Shown here: positions 15,391 to 28,165 of the stretch, piece after piece
Layout of the letters: each line of letters opens with the position of its first letter
How positions within the stretch are numbered: the stretch's first letter is position 1
From: Phoronis australis
Taxonomy: Eukaryota > Animalia > Phoronida
DNA: 64,000 nucleotides
NCBI GenBank assembly: GCA_002633005.1
Contig: NMRA01000137.1
Location: 434,001 to 498,000, forward strand
Reading direction: 5' to 3'
Made by a program: the position numbers and the translations under genes
The notes under the pieces: generated by a model
Seen by the model: only the letters and a program-made list of their open reading frames with translations
What the model was told of the DNA's origin: nothing
Database searches by the model: none

Positions 15391-15460
15391 CCGGAGCCGG
15401 ATTCGAACCCGGGCCTCAACAGTTGCGAGTCGCCGACTTTACCACTACACCACTCAGCGG
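15391..15460 (-). promoter_or_regulatory. tRNA-derived Pol III promoter cassette (A and B boxes) in family A unit 1
   Basis: Minus strand has TGGTGTAGTGG (A box) and GGTTCGAATCC (B box) at tRNA spacing. Acceptor and anticodon stems do not pair properly. Confidence 0.75.
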
Positions 15461-16248
15461 CTGACGTCATCGAGCGTGAATACTTAAATGAGCACGCGCA
15501 ACAATCGCCTGTTCAGCAAAGGGCATTGCACTGACAATTATACACTATGAAAAATAAGACGCATAATTTCCATAAAAACGATATTTTAATTCAGTGAAAT
15601 TTTTCTCTCGTGTTCTCTCACTTATAAATCACCGATCTCCAATTTGAATGCAAGTGTCGTGTGGTCGGGATCCTTTGACTTGAGCATTATAGTCAGTTAC
15701 TAGTGGTATCCTACTTTAGCAGACGATATATTCCCAGTCGAAGCTTAGCGTGATAAAATGTGTAGTAAGCTATAACAGTTGCTAAACCTTAATTTATAGA
15801 TTCACTTTATTTCTATTTTGTTTTGTTTTTCAATTCGTTGTGAGTAAAAGCATTATTTTACAAAAGTATCTCGGCTTTCTTAAAAGGTCACGACCTCTGA
15901 CCCCGGACTTCTGACATAGAAAGTAGTTACAAAACCGAGGCGAGTCGAGAAAGGTAGATCGATTCATTGCAATGTTTCTCGTTCAGTATGTGGTATAAAT
16001 AGATTATTACATGTTCTCAGTCGTTATCCCCCTTATCTAGAGCCCTCGTGGATTTTGTAGAATTATCACCCTTGGGGCTTATGCCCCTCGGGCGATAATT
16101 CTCCAAAATCCACTCGGGCTCTAGATAACGGGGGATAACGTAATAATGTAATAATCTTTATACCACAATATCAGCGTCAAATGGCAGATAAAACCGTTAA
16201 GTTAAAGTTAAAGTTATCTCACTAGTGAGCTAACGAGTTGGCGGGAAA

Positions 16249-16320
16249 CCGATGACGGAGTCGAACCCGGGACCTTGGTATTGCTGATCGCCGACTTTAA
16301 CCACTACACCACGCAGCGAC
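16249..16320 (-). promoter_or_regulatory. tRNA-derived Pol III promoter cassette in family A unit 2
   Basis: Minus strand has TGGTGTAGTGG and GGTTCGACTCC. The anticodon-arm region differs from unit 1. Confidence 0.75.
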
Positions 16321-17530
16321 TGACGCCATCAAGAGTGAAAATAGAATACTTAAATGAGCACGCGCACTAATCGCATGTTCAACAAACCGCATTGTACTTA
16401 TACGGTACGAAAAGTAAGACACATAATTTCCATAAAAATGATATCTTAATTCAGTGAAATTTTTCTCTCATGTCCTCTTACTTGTAAATCACCGAAATCC
16501 AGTTTGAATGCGGGTATCGTGTCGTGAGGTTCTTTGACTTGAGAACTATATTCAGTTACCAGTGGTAACCTATTTTAGCAGACGATAATTTCCCGGTCGA
16601 AGCTTAGCGTGTAAAAAACGTGTTTTAAGCTATAATAGTTGCTTAACCTTAATTTAGAGATTCACTTCATTTCTATTTTGTTTAACTTTCCAATTGGTTT
16701 TGAGTACATGTATAAGCATTATTTGACAAAAATAGCTCGGCTTTTCTTAAAAGTTCAGGACCTCCGACCCCGGGCCTCTGACATAGAAAGTAGTTACAAA
16801 GCCGAGGCGAGTCGAGAAAGGTAGATCGATTCATTGCAATGTTTCTCGTTTAGTATTTGGTATAAATAGATTATTATATGTTCTCAGTCGTTATCCCCCT
16901 TATCTAGAGCTCTAGTGCGGATTTTGCAAAATTATCACCCTCGGGGCTGACGCCCCTCGGGCGATAATTCTCCAAAATCCACTCGGGCTCTAGATAACGG
17001 GGGATAACGACTTCGCCATGTAATAATCTATATGTACATATATATATCATTGAATTTTTTACGCAAAAATGTTTCATATTCATTACGCCACATCTTAAAT
17101 TTCAATTGTCATATAGTGTTTGATTTTAATTTATTTCTCTTTCTGTTGACAAATGACGTTATTATATCCGAAAATGTCAGTTGGTCCATTCTTGTTGTTT
17201 TATTTACCTACTTATATATAAGATTGTAAGGTATAACGTTAAGGTGGTCAAACCTTGCGATAGATAGACTGTAGTTATTTATTATCAGAATATAACGTCC
17301 CATCACTTTGTCAGAAAAAACAACAAGATCACTTTGTATACCAACATGGCCGAAAAGTAATTAGGCAAGAAATAATAGGCTACACCATCATTTGCTATGT
17401 TAATAATGACGCATTTCGGCTAAAGATTTTGGAATCGCTATTGATCAGTCAAGAAAAATCTGTGTTGAATGAACAGCTCATAGGTGTGTACCGCACACTT
17501 GCTCTATTTCGATAGGCTGTGGGCTTCCTA

Positions 17531-17685
17531 CATGGGGGGCGCACTATAGGGGGCTGGGGGGGAGGCAATAATCCCCACTTTTTCAGTGCTCCGGCGCCCA
17601 TGGTCTATGGGCCGTGCACAACAGGGGGGCTGGGGGCTGGGGCTATAGCCCCACCCCACTTTTTTTCAGTGCTGCGCCGCCATTG
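17531..17685. mobile_element. Short G/C-tract MITE (two related subunits) with 5-bp TSD, hAT5-like
   Basis: catggggggcgc...gcgccgccattg flanked by tccta / tccta. Confidence 0.6.
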
Positions 17686-20600
17686 TCCTACTTTGTGTTG
17701 CATTCACACTTCCTGCTTGTATGTCCCTCTTCCCGCTGTCACCTGTTTATTTTGCTTTTCATATGTTCATTCTACTTATTATTACGTGATGATGAGACGT
17801 GCAGTCTCGAAATATAGCTAGTGTTTTAATTTGTTTGCTGGTTATGTCTGTCGGTGTTTTGCTACATAGCTGAACACCTGAAGAAAGGAGATTGTTTCTA
17901 CACTACGAGCGACTGTATATCAAGCTGTCAAACCAAAAGTTTAGTCGTGTTTTCAACGAAGTTTGTCACGGTTAACGATGGGCTGCTTCCGATCTATGCT
18001 GTTTATATGTAATAAGAATATATACATTCAGTGAAGACTACCATAAAGCACCATAATAGAACAGAACAGGGAAAATGTCATAAAGTGTCTTCAAGCAATT
18101 AGGATTACATTATTGCCATTCTAAAAAATATTTGTGTCACATGTGCTCACAATAACTGAGAGTGTAAGTAATTACAGTGAGAACAATTAGTAATGACCGC
18201 AATACGCGTGAGTCGCTGTAGTATTTGTAAGACGAAGATGTTGGCTAATTTCTCACGGGTATTTTATTAACGCCTTTGATGCGCAATCTGCTTATTGAAG
18301 CGTAGTTCTTATTGGCCATTATTAACGGAGGTCTTGGCAGTGTAGACAGTAACGAAGTCGAAAGCGATCTATACTAAATCCAGTATTGAAACGAAGTTCC
18401 TACAAATTAACTGAGCTCGATTTCGTTGAAATTGTGGGCAACTAGTATTACAGTGATCAGGCGCTGACAGGTACTGAATGCTTGCTCAAGACGCAGCAAT
18501 GTTGTTATAAATATTGGCTTCCATTGTGATTACTGGGATTTCACAACGGGAAATGTGTGTTAGAACCAAGGCGACAAAACTGAATGAACTAACCCGTTGT
18601 TTCAATGTCGTTGTATTTGCTATCCTTGGCCTGGGCCGTCAGGTCATCTTTGGTTCACTTGAGGCAAACAGCTCGATCTCGTACTGCGCTAGCTCTTGTG
18701 TTTGACTGTGTTTCTGGGATCGTCGCATTGTTCAGTGTTACTAGAAAATTTTGCCTGCAACAGCCTATCCAATGATTTACGCACGTGAATGGTAATCAGC
18801 CAAACAATTAACGTGCCTTGACTTGCGGTCTGTCATCTATTGGTTGGTTCAATAAATGTAAAAAATCTGTCTACTGAATCCGAGTCGGGATGAAGCGGAA
18901 ATTACTTTCGCGCTCTCATTATTCTAGAGAGTGGCTATATGAAAAGTTCGCTATTATACATCTCCTTCAATGAACACTCGGTCTGGCCCTTTCCTAGGCA
19001 ATGCGCCCAATACACAACTTAGACGGCCTTGGCTGAATTTAAGTTCAACATTCCGTCGACTCCAGCTGAACTTATTTTCGAAAGTGTCCGTTGCACCTCC
19101 CAGTACAGTTTGTTTGTTACCCACGCACTCCTTAGACGAACGCTGTTACTACGCATTTGCACCGCAGCAATTTCCGAAATTTAATTTTTTGCTTCAACTC
19201 ATTCTTACTAAAGAGTCTTCCTCCGAAATGTAAGTTTTATGCTACTTGTATCACAACTAAAAGAATTAACTTATTTTATCTGTAGTACTGCACTTTCCCG
19301 GCAATCATTGCATGACACGAACTGATAACATTTTTATGACTAAAATGCCGGCCATGTGTACTGTCACAATGTTCCCTTCGAATACTGAAGTGCACAAATG
19401 GCACTCACTGGCTGTAAGAATCTGAAACGGCTTCACATCTTGACGGAATACATGACGGTTTTCAGGAAGCGGGTGTTGTCCATGGCAACGAAATTGCCTC
19501 TCTGGTCATATACTATGGCACTGTGAACAATCAGTCTTCGAAAAATGCTCGTAAAGTGTACGCAGGTGGGATCCATGTAGATGTATGATATTGCAGTGAC
19601 GCAATGACAAGATAAACCACACTACACGTGGGAAGCAAAATGGGCATTCTTGCTTATGCTACTGGGCTGGGTTTCATGAAACTTCAAAGTTATCCGCTGG
19701 ATAAGTTTGATTGTTGCATGACGTCAGGTGCTCTGTTCAACAATAACAAAGTGGCGCCTGATAATGCGACGTCATTGTTGCTATACGGCGTATAACTTAT
19801 GCAACTGTGTCCTGGTCTATTACCAGTTTTGAATAGCTCTGAGCTTGTTTCTTCAATATCAGGTTATGTATCTAGTTCATTCAATGCCCGTTTCAAAACG
19901 TACAGGGTACAAGGATCTGCTTCGGTACTAGCTCCAACAAACACACACAAGGCTAGCTTGGTACCGCTTGCGCCAAGTTTTTAAGTAACACGGCCTCTTT
20001 GTGAAATCTGCCACTACAAATAGATTTCACGTTGTGGTAGGATGCAAATTAGAAATGCCATAACCTAACAACATGTACATAAGCAACTTATTACAGTTTT
20101 CTATTTAAAATGAATACTACAAGGAAGTAAACCTGCTGGGAAAGAATGCATCATTTTGTATTATTCAAGACAGGCGGACATCCGTCACCGAACCAACTTT
20201 AATACAGAACGGACTTTAATCTTCTAATGCTTACGCTTTAATTAATTTACTTTTAGCGAGAAATATGCAATGTGCAAAATTCCAAGATTAAAATGCAATT
20301 TGTTTTAATAAGTCATAAGTGCAATTAAGTGTGAACTCAATACTTCGGTCTATGTAAATTTAATAAATCTACTTTGCCTCATACATATCTGGCAATTTCA
20401 AATAGTGGGTATGACATTAACAGTGATATACTGACCTGTGAAGTGTGGAATTAAAGCGAGGATTATTAGCGTTAACTTTACACGAATCCCTGCACTGCAG
20501 CAATTCAAAATTAGAATCCATCCACTAAATCAATATTCATTCGCAACGCCAACACCAAACACTGACTGTGTCAAGCACCTTGCCGTAATTACCTATCAAA

Positions 20601-22424
20601 CGTGATATTCTGTCGACTTGCTTCTTACGTATTTCTATTTTTGCAATTAATAGCTGTCCAAGGTGCAGGCAAGCTTCACTCGCTTTCATTCACTTCAGTT
20701 GGAACCAAGAAATGCGGCTAATCGCAAATCACTTGACTCCAGCTCTTTTTCATTGGGTATCATTGGACCAAACGTTTACCGCAGTTGTTGTATGTATTGC
20801 ATTGTTTTGTTTTGTTTTGCTATATTTATTCATTATATTCATTGTTTCAACCACACAGTACTTAGTCACATGTGTTGGACTTACCATTCTGACCATGACT
20901 ATGTGGCTGAAAACACTGACACGGACCATTGCTAGGTGTAGCTTTACATTCCGATATAAGGCCATTGAATCGTTGCTTTTTAAAATGTTCCCTGAAAAAA
21001 AAAACGTTAAAACACGGAGTAATGCATTATGATTCCCTAATGGAGGTGAATGCAGACCCAAGACCCACGCCCCCTGTTGGGCAGTTTACGACACTTTCTA
21101 TTGTTCCATGCGTCGTGAATGGCAATTAACATGCAAAATATAACCAGGGATCTACGTTTTAATAAAGGTAACGTCATAAACGGTTGCTCTGCCCTTTAAA
21201 ACATTTATTTTCATCGCTTAATTCATGTACACTGGGCAATGGCGGAGTTGGTAATCAGATCTTAGGCTGTCGTGTTAGCAAGCATTAGATTGTGAATTCT
21301 CACACAGTCTTTGGATATGACCATGAGAATAGAGAAAGTTTTCTAGATCATTGGAATTAAAGATCCTCCTACTGATTTGCTTCTAAGTTTAGGTTAGCAT
21401 AGTATTGAGTTGGCTTGAAAAGTCTGGTGAATTCAAGCCTTCGAGGTATGTCCATGCAATTGTGGAATAAAGCATATCCCATCTCTCGCCACATTCGTTC
21501 TGCTTCTTTTGGTTCACTTTTGTTGAACATTTTTGATAATGTTGAAAACATTTTGGAGGAGTTCTTTAATTAGAAAACTTTCAGGAAGTGGTGCGTACTG
21601 ATCACGTGGGACCGGTGACGTATCGCCGCCGGAAAGTACGCGTTCGAAGCAGATGGTGTTGCAGGAAAGCATGTTTGGTTTCGTGGAAAGACAACTTCAC
21701 AGTGCATGTATTACACGTGATTTTACGCTTTCTTTTCTCGCTGACATGGTGAATGACATGTTGGAGATTAAAAATCAATTTTTATTTAGTTTTGGAAAGG
21801 CTTGAGTCTTCTTGTGTGTCTTTAAGTAACCTTTTTTGTAATGATCAATGTTTAAGACCAATTTCAATGAATTACACTGATGCAGATTTTTTTAACAATT
21901 TAAAGTTGGCCTCGACTAATTTCGTACAAAATTGATCCATTGAAAAGGGTCCTAAAGAATGTTGTTAACGTTATAAACATAAGTCATGTTTCAAAAACAG
22001 TGAACATACACTTTATAAATCAGTTTTTGCGACTCTCGTTTCTCACTACATATTTTCTTCAAGCTGATTTTTTCATTATAGGATAAAAAATATAGGATGT
22101 ACACCTAATCATCAAGAATTTCCCGCTGAACACATTCATGTAATACATCTATTTGTTCAATTTGGAGGTATAAGGAACTAAACCAGGACGTCCTTTTGGA
22201 GTAGCCTGGCACATCAATTTCAAATCTTACAAATAAAACTTTGACTCAACGCAAAGACCCATACGTCTCAATCCAAGAAAACTTTTTTTTTTCATGACCT
22301 TGACAATGTTGACGTCATTTTGTTTTAATAGTCAGGATGTGTCTGCGGAAGTTTTGCTTTGGTTTTAAAGCGCTTGGACTGACTTACCTTTCAAGTTATT
22401 CTGTAAAAAAACTTAAGCCCAGGC

Positions 22425-22720
22425 AATGCTCATCCAAACACAACACTAAATATTTCAAACTTAACTGAAGTTAATATGATTTTCAGGTTATTGATTTTGG
22501 TGGTGCACCACCATCTAAAATGGCCGCCATAGTGAGTGTCAGATGTCTCACGTATTATGGGTACGCAACTGTCGTCAAAAGTAAGATGATTTTCGCGAAA
22601 ATCCAGCTCAATTTTCGAAAGACCTTTTAAAGAATTAGTGAAAAAACGCAAACACAAACAGTGCTGGAGTTACGAAATGTGTGTATTTCTGTGATATCCT
22701 TCGGCTAACGAAACTCATCC
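22425..22720. repeat. Old dispersed repeat family D copy 2 (inverted)
   Basis: Reverse-complement similarity to 5880-6160. Boundaries approximate. Confidence 0.65.
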
Positions 22721-24342
22721 TGTTGCCAAATGTTACGTGCGTTTTATCGAACCTTGTCTCTAATACGACGAATGACAGTCCTTAAGCATATTATATCCTT
22801 GGGAACTTTACGTCCCTAAAAGTGCGCGCAGGTCAAGTGGTATTACCCATAATTGATCATCCTCTCATTATCCGCTGGTAACAATGTGTCTAATTCTCGA
22901 GTTTATAGCACATGGCTCGTGCAAAATAACTTAATCAATTAGCGTCCCGAAAAATGCGCTTAACATCCTTCACAGTGTCACTGTCAAGCGCATGCTCAGG
23001 GTTGTATTTATTAGAACAGTTTTACTAATTAGGCAGTCACTGTCATTGGGAGTTAAAAACCACTTTTATGAAATAAAAAATATACTTTAAAATTCAATAA
23101 ACTTTGGAAACAAGACTTCTCGTTTTACAGTCATAAAATTACCTGCAAAACATCACCCATCCTGTCGTCACCAGTTCGAACACGAAACCGAATCTTCTCT
23201 GGATTTTTTTTAAATTTCCACTATCCAAAGTACACTGCTCAGAACCCACCTCACATCTCTGATGGCCCTGTTAAGTGAGACATACTTCAAGGGTTTTTTA
23301 CTGAACAGAACAGTGAAGCTGTATATTTCTCGCGAAATACAGTCACGGAACATCTACTTGAAAATTCGTAAGCGAGAAATCGCGTGAGGAATTTTCACAA
23401 ATACATGAATATTTTTGAATAAATTTAAAGTTATTGTTACCAATTCTATTTTCATTACTTTCTATGTGATAAAATAGTTCATGTGACTTTTCACTACTTC
23501 GTTAAAGCCAGATTAACCCCTTGCTTTTTGTCATCCATTTTTACTCCGTTTGCAATATGATCAAATTTTCAAATCTTAGACGCTCATAGTGGGCTCAGTG
23601 TGAAATGTGACAGTCCGGGCAAACGAAACATGTTGTAGAGGCCCCTTGATGCCTCGATTTTGGGGCCTGCTATAGGCCCCATTGCCCAATGAAAAATATT
23701 CAAAAAAACAACCGGAATTACCCTCATCAGACTTACAAATCTTCTTCCAACATTTAAAAAAATCCCTCATCTCTCAACCAAAATTTCTCTTACCAGAAGG
23801 AACACGCACCTTCACCTCAGGCGAGCGAGAGAAAGCACTGTTGTAACGACTGAAAGATTTCTTTTCACATCAAGAAAGAATTGCTCCAACTAAAGTTAGC
23901 ACTGTTATGACTTCTGATTTGTCCCCGAAACCATACGATTGACAGTGAGTTATATCCTTAATTTTACACGTGATGTCCTTTCCCTCAACGACACATTTTA
24001 GACCTCAAATGAACGAATTTTTTGATCACTTTCTCTTTGCGAAGCACGTGGTCAGACCATTTCTTTGCTGTGAGATTGGATGTCATCCCAATTATTCTGC
24101 GTTGAGCATGCCGACGAATGGCTTCGTATGAATCAGAGGGAACATTCTAATCCCTTGTTCTTTATGTATTATTGAGGAAGAATCAATGTCTTCATTGCTT
24201 AATTTTACTTGCTTTGCTCATACTACATTATGTTTTGTGTTTCTGGTATTAATTTGTAAGTCCATGTTTACAGTCCGAATGTCCTTTGGACGAAATATCT
24301 TCAGTGGGATTATTGTGTGATCTCCGTTTGGTGCGATGTTCA

Positions 24343-24687
<345 letters not shown>

Positions 24688-25488
24688 TAGAACGGAGCCA
24701 GTCGCGAAAATCACTATGACTAATGTTTTGGAGTTTCCAGGGAGATTGTCCCGATGCCTGTGATAGACAGAAAACATCTACAGGGCTAAAATTGGTTCTT
24801 GAAATTATTTCTAAGCTCGAAACAACTCTTCGAGATCATGATGTACCCTCAGATAGCGCACATTAGTGGGACTGTTCTGCGGGTGGAGTCCAACTTGTTA
24901 TTCTTCTTGATATTTCCATTCTACTTAAATACCAATTCATGTGCTTGTACTTGTCAACTTATCTGTGCTCAAGTATATTGTGATTTACGCTGACAAATGT
25001 CTACGTGTTCGCACTGGGCGAGTAAAATGATTAGTCCATTTGGGCCATGAGCTGAATATCAATTTTAAAACAGTTTCACAGAAACCTTTGCCCGTATAGC
25101 ATGGCGGCGATAACAGCAAAATTGTGTATTGTACTTGTCTCTATTTTAATTGTCTCTATTGTACTTGTCTCTCTAATATGATCACGAGCAGATAAACCAA
25201 ACTACGTCATCCCATTTAATACATTATGTAGTTAATAAAAACATTAGAGGTGTAGTGTGTTCCTTATTTTTGCAATTGTCAGTGTGATTTCATTAAAGAT
25301 GGTCACACAAAATCGGCGCAAATTAGTCGTGGTGGAAATTTAGAATTTCCCGTCTGGAAACGCTTAAGTTTCAATAGCGATATTGGGTTTTGCTCCTCCC
25401 CCGCCCTCTGAATTCCGAGTTGGTAATTTTTGTGACTTTTTCGAACGAACAACATTGAACTGCAAGTACAACTATACTGTCTCTACAG

Positions 25489-25776
25489 GCATCTGCGTTG
25501 CCAAGTCTATAAAGATTCCACGTGAAGCCGACGGCCATTTTTTCAATGAGACGATTGCCACTTTGCTGAAACAGGAGAAAGCGAAAGTTGTAGTCATGTT
25601 CGTTAATGAAGACAATTGCCGCCGCCTATTGGCAGCTGCGAAAGTTGGGGATGATCAGAGAACCCTTAACTGGCTTGCAAGCGATAGTTGGGGCGCCAAA
25701 ATACATCCGGTGGAGGGCCAGGAAGAGGCGGCGCTCGGTGCAATCACAATTCTTCCGAAACGAAAAGTCCTGAAAG
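25489..25776 (+). CDS. GRM: mGluR-like exon (Venus flytrap domain)
   Basis: ctctacag|...aaag|gtaag. GICVAKSIKIPRE...AKVVVMFVNEDN...WLASDSWGAK...GAITILPKRKVLK. 288 bp, phase 1-1. Confidence 0.96.
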
Positions 25777-26779
25777 GTAAGAATTCTTAATGAAACTTTT
25801 TAGTCTGGGTCTTGACCTTAACTTTATATCACTGATATTTGGTAATCAATTGCCATGTAGGCATAGTAATTTCTTAAAGACTAAACGTCTCAATTCTACC
25901 AGGCGTGATGAATTTCATTCGCGATTGAAAACATGAGTTTCGATTTTAGTTTCGATGTCATTTCGGAAAGCGTCATTTTCACACTTGATGGAGGTCAACT
26001 GACTCGTTGGGGAAGTGTTATAAGAGACCTGTAACTGCACTGTTACTAGATGGGCCAGATGCCTGATTTCCGGCTGCGATGCTCGTGCGAATGTCCAGGC
26101 GAGACATTGACGTGTCTGTAATGTTGCAAGGTGGAAAAGCTAATCAGTTTTAGAAGTAATATTCCCGCGTATGCCATCACGTTTCATTCTTCCTAATTTG
26201 CTACAACCTAGATCAGATTCGGCTACTGAAAACGGTACGTGTAACGATTGTCTATTATATAAATAAGAGCCGATCCTTAGGGCGATATCAAGTCACGTGT
26301 TGCCCCAGGCCACATTACTTTTCCAAGGTCCATGTGACCTGCTCCCGATGGATGTCTGTTTTATTACACGACTTTTGACGCTTCTTCTTCCTGCGCAATA
26401 TATTTCTCTCAGTACATTAGCTTGTTCTTACCTGCTTTGATGTGGTAACAACGTATGCAAGGTTCGTTGTCAGGGTTCCTGGTTTCTACAGTGCCTGATT
26501 GGTCACATCGCGAATAACCACCTCTGACGTCGGTGACATTACACCACCAGGTCGGTCAATAATTACGGCATATTAAAAACTATTGCGCCACGTTTTAGCC
26601 AAGCACAAGCAGTCATGTAATCATTTTCTCTCTTTGTACATGGTGAAATGTTGGTTTCAGAGGTGGAAAAACTGTCAGCCCCGGCCTGACACTAAGAAAG
26701 AACGAAAGCTCGCTTGCAGGATTCACCAGGTCAGACTAGCCTTATTACGTCACTCTATGTACGGTAATACTCTTTACAG

Positions 26780-26908
26780 GTTTTGATGCGTATTTCACCA
26801 GCAGAACACTCGGAAACAACGCGAGAAACCCATGGTTCTACGAGTTCTGGCAGACTCATTTTAAGTGCTCTATTAATATGTCACAGGCCGAGAAAGAGCA
26901 GTGTACAG
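26780..26908 (+). CDS. GRM: mGluR-like exon (Venus flytrap domain)
   Basis: tctttacag|...acag|gtattt. [43 protein letters not shown] contains the conserved N-x-RNPWF-x-EFW motif. Not in the ORF track in this frame. 129 bp, phase 1-1. Confidence 0.95.
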
Positions 26909-28165
26909 GTATTTACCATAATACTTTATTCCAAGTTTTACGCTTTAATTTTGTACTTATTTATGTTTTCATCACATACACGTTGAATTAGTCTAGTGCA
27001 ATACGGCCATGTGGTATTGTTTTCCGTATTGCACTCCCTGGACTACTTTAACATTACCTTGTGACATGGACTGTTCACATGGTAAATCAATGTCGACTTG
27101 ACGTCGTAACCCCATTCGATCATCAAACATTCCGGAAATAGCTTAAAGTCATAAAATTGCAGCAGTATAAATAACACTCAACATGCATTCAGGGCCCAAA
27201 CATATCATCTTGTACAAAAGTGTTAGTTATATGACACTGTTCTCGCAGCTTTATTTCCTAATTATTACATCGCCTGCAAGTGCAACTCAGGCGCCTATTC
27301 CTCGGTAACTAAAATGTTAAATATTGTTATTTAATTATTTTCAGGAAATTTTGCAAGTTCAATGCAAAATTACCGCTGTTCCCATCTTTGTTATCTCTTT
27401 TCACATAATGAATCGTTACATATTTTCGGTCTCGGTCGATACGCCGAATAATGTCAAGTGGGATATTACTTCATTTACGTCACTCTCGCTACGTTTTGTG
27501 TATTTAACCGTAGTATCAACGGTACATTAACTGCATCTATACAACAATGATAAGAACAAGTATCCATGGTAACCTGGCCCATCCAGTGTATCGCCAGTGC
27601 GCATGCCCGTTTTGAGGTCGGTGTCGTCGGACATTTGCGTATCGGATTTCGATGCGTGTCCCTTTCAAATACAACATCTCGGATTGGTCTATTGATTGCG
27701 ACAGTCACAGTAATTATCCTTGTGTTTGAAATGAAACCCAACTGAACTTCTAATGTTTCGCACTCGTTTGACCGACTGAATAAATTTGGTCACGACTCAA
27801 TCGCACTATATCACACCACTATCTGTCGTATTAGTAGCAATTGACATTTTTGTAGTTAAATGATTTCGTTTCTTGAAAGGCTTTCTGGTGTTTGATCGAA
27901 CTAGCCAATAATCCGTCATTTACATTCAAACTTCTGTGTTTCAGAACGTCCATGTACTCGTGTTTTTCAATGCATGGCGATCGTCAAACGGTGAAAACGT
28001 TTTATCAAAATAATGTTCTCGTAAACACATGCACAGGCGCCAATACAAAAATTTTGTTAAACCAGTTAAAGTTGTCATGGCAGTGGGCAATTAAATAAAG
28101 TCGTGATTTTTTTTTTACTGAGAACTGATGAGATTAAACTATGATTATCAATGGCAGTTCTACAT

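Larger units (their letters stand above)
15298..17030. mobile_element. Head-to-tail dimer of the ~860-bp non-autonomous element (family A) in (TA)n; possibly Crypton/tyrosine-recombinase type
   Basis: Two diverged tandem units (15298-16157, 16158-17030). Each has a tRNA-like cassette, a ~500-bp body and a ~120-bp hairpin. TA repeats flank both sides. The superfamily call is inference. Confidence 0.85.

Noticed and set aside
15391-15460. Functional tRNA gene (also 16249-16320)
   Set aside because: Acceptor and anticodon stems do not pair, the two copies differ in the anticodon region, and both lie within a repeat.
14793-15470. ORFs rich in TH/YI/VC repeats
   Set aside because: Translations of microsatellites spanning an N gap.
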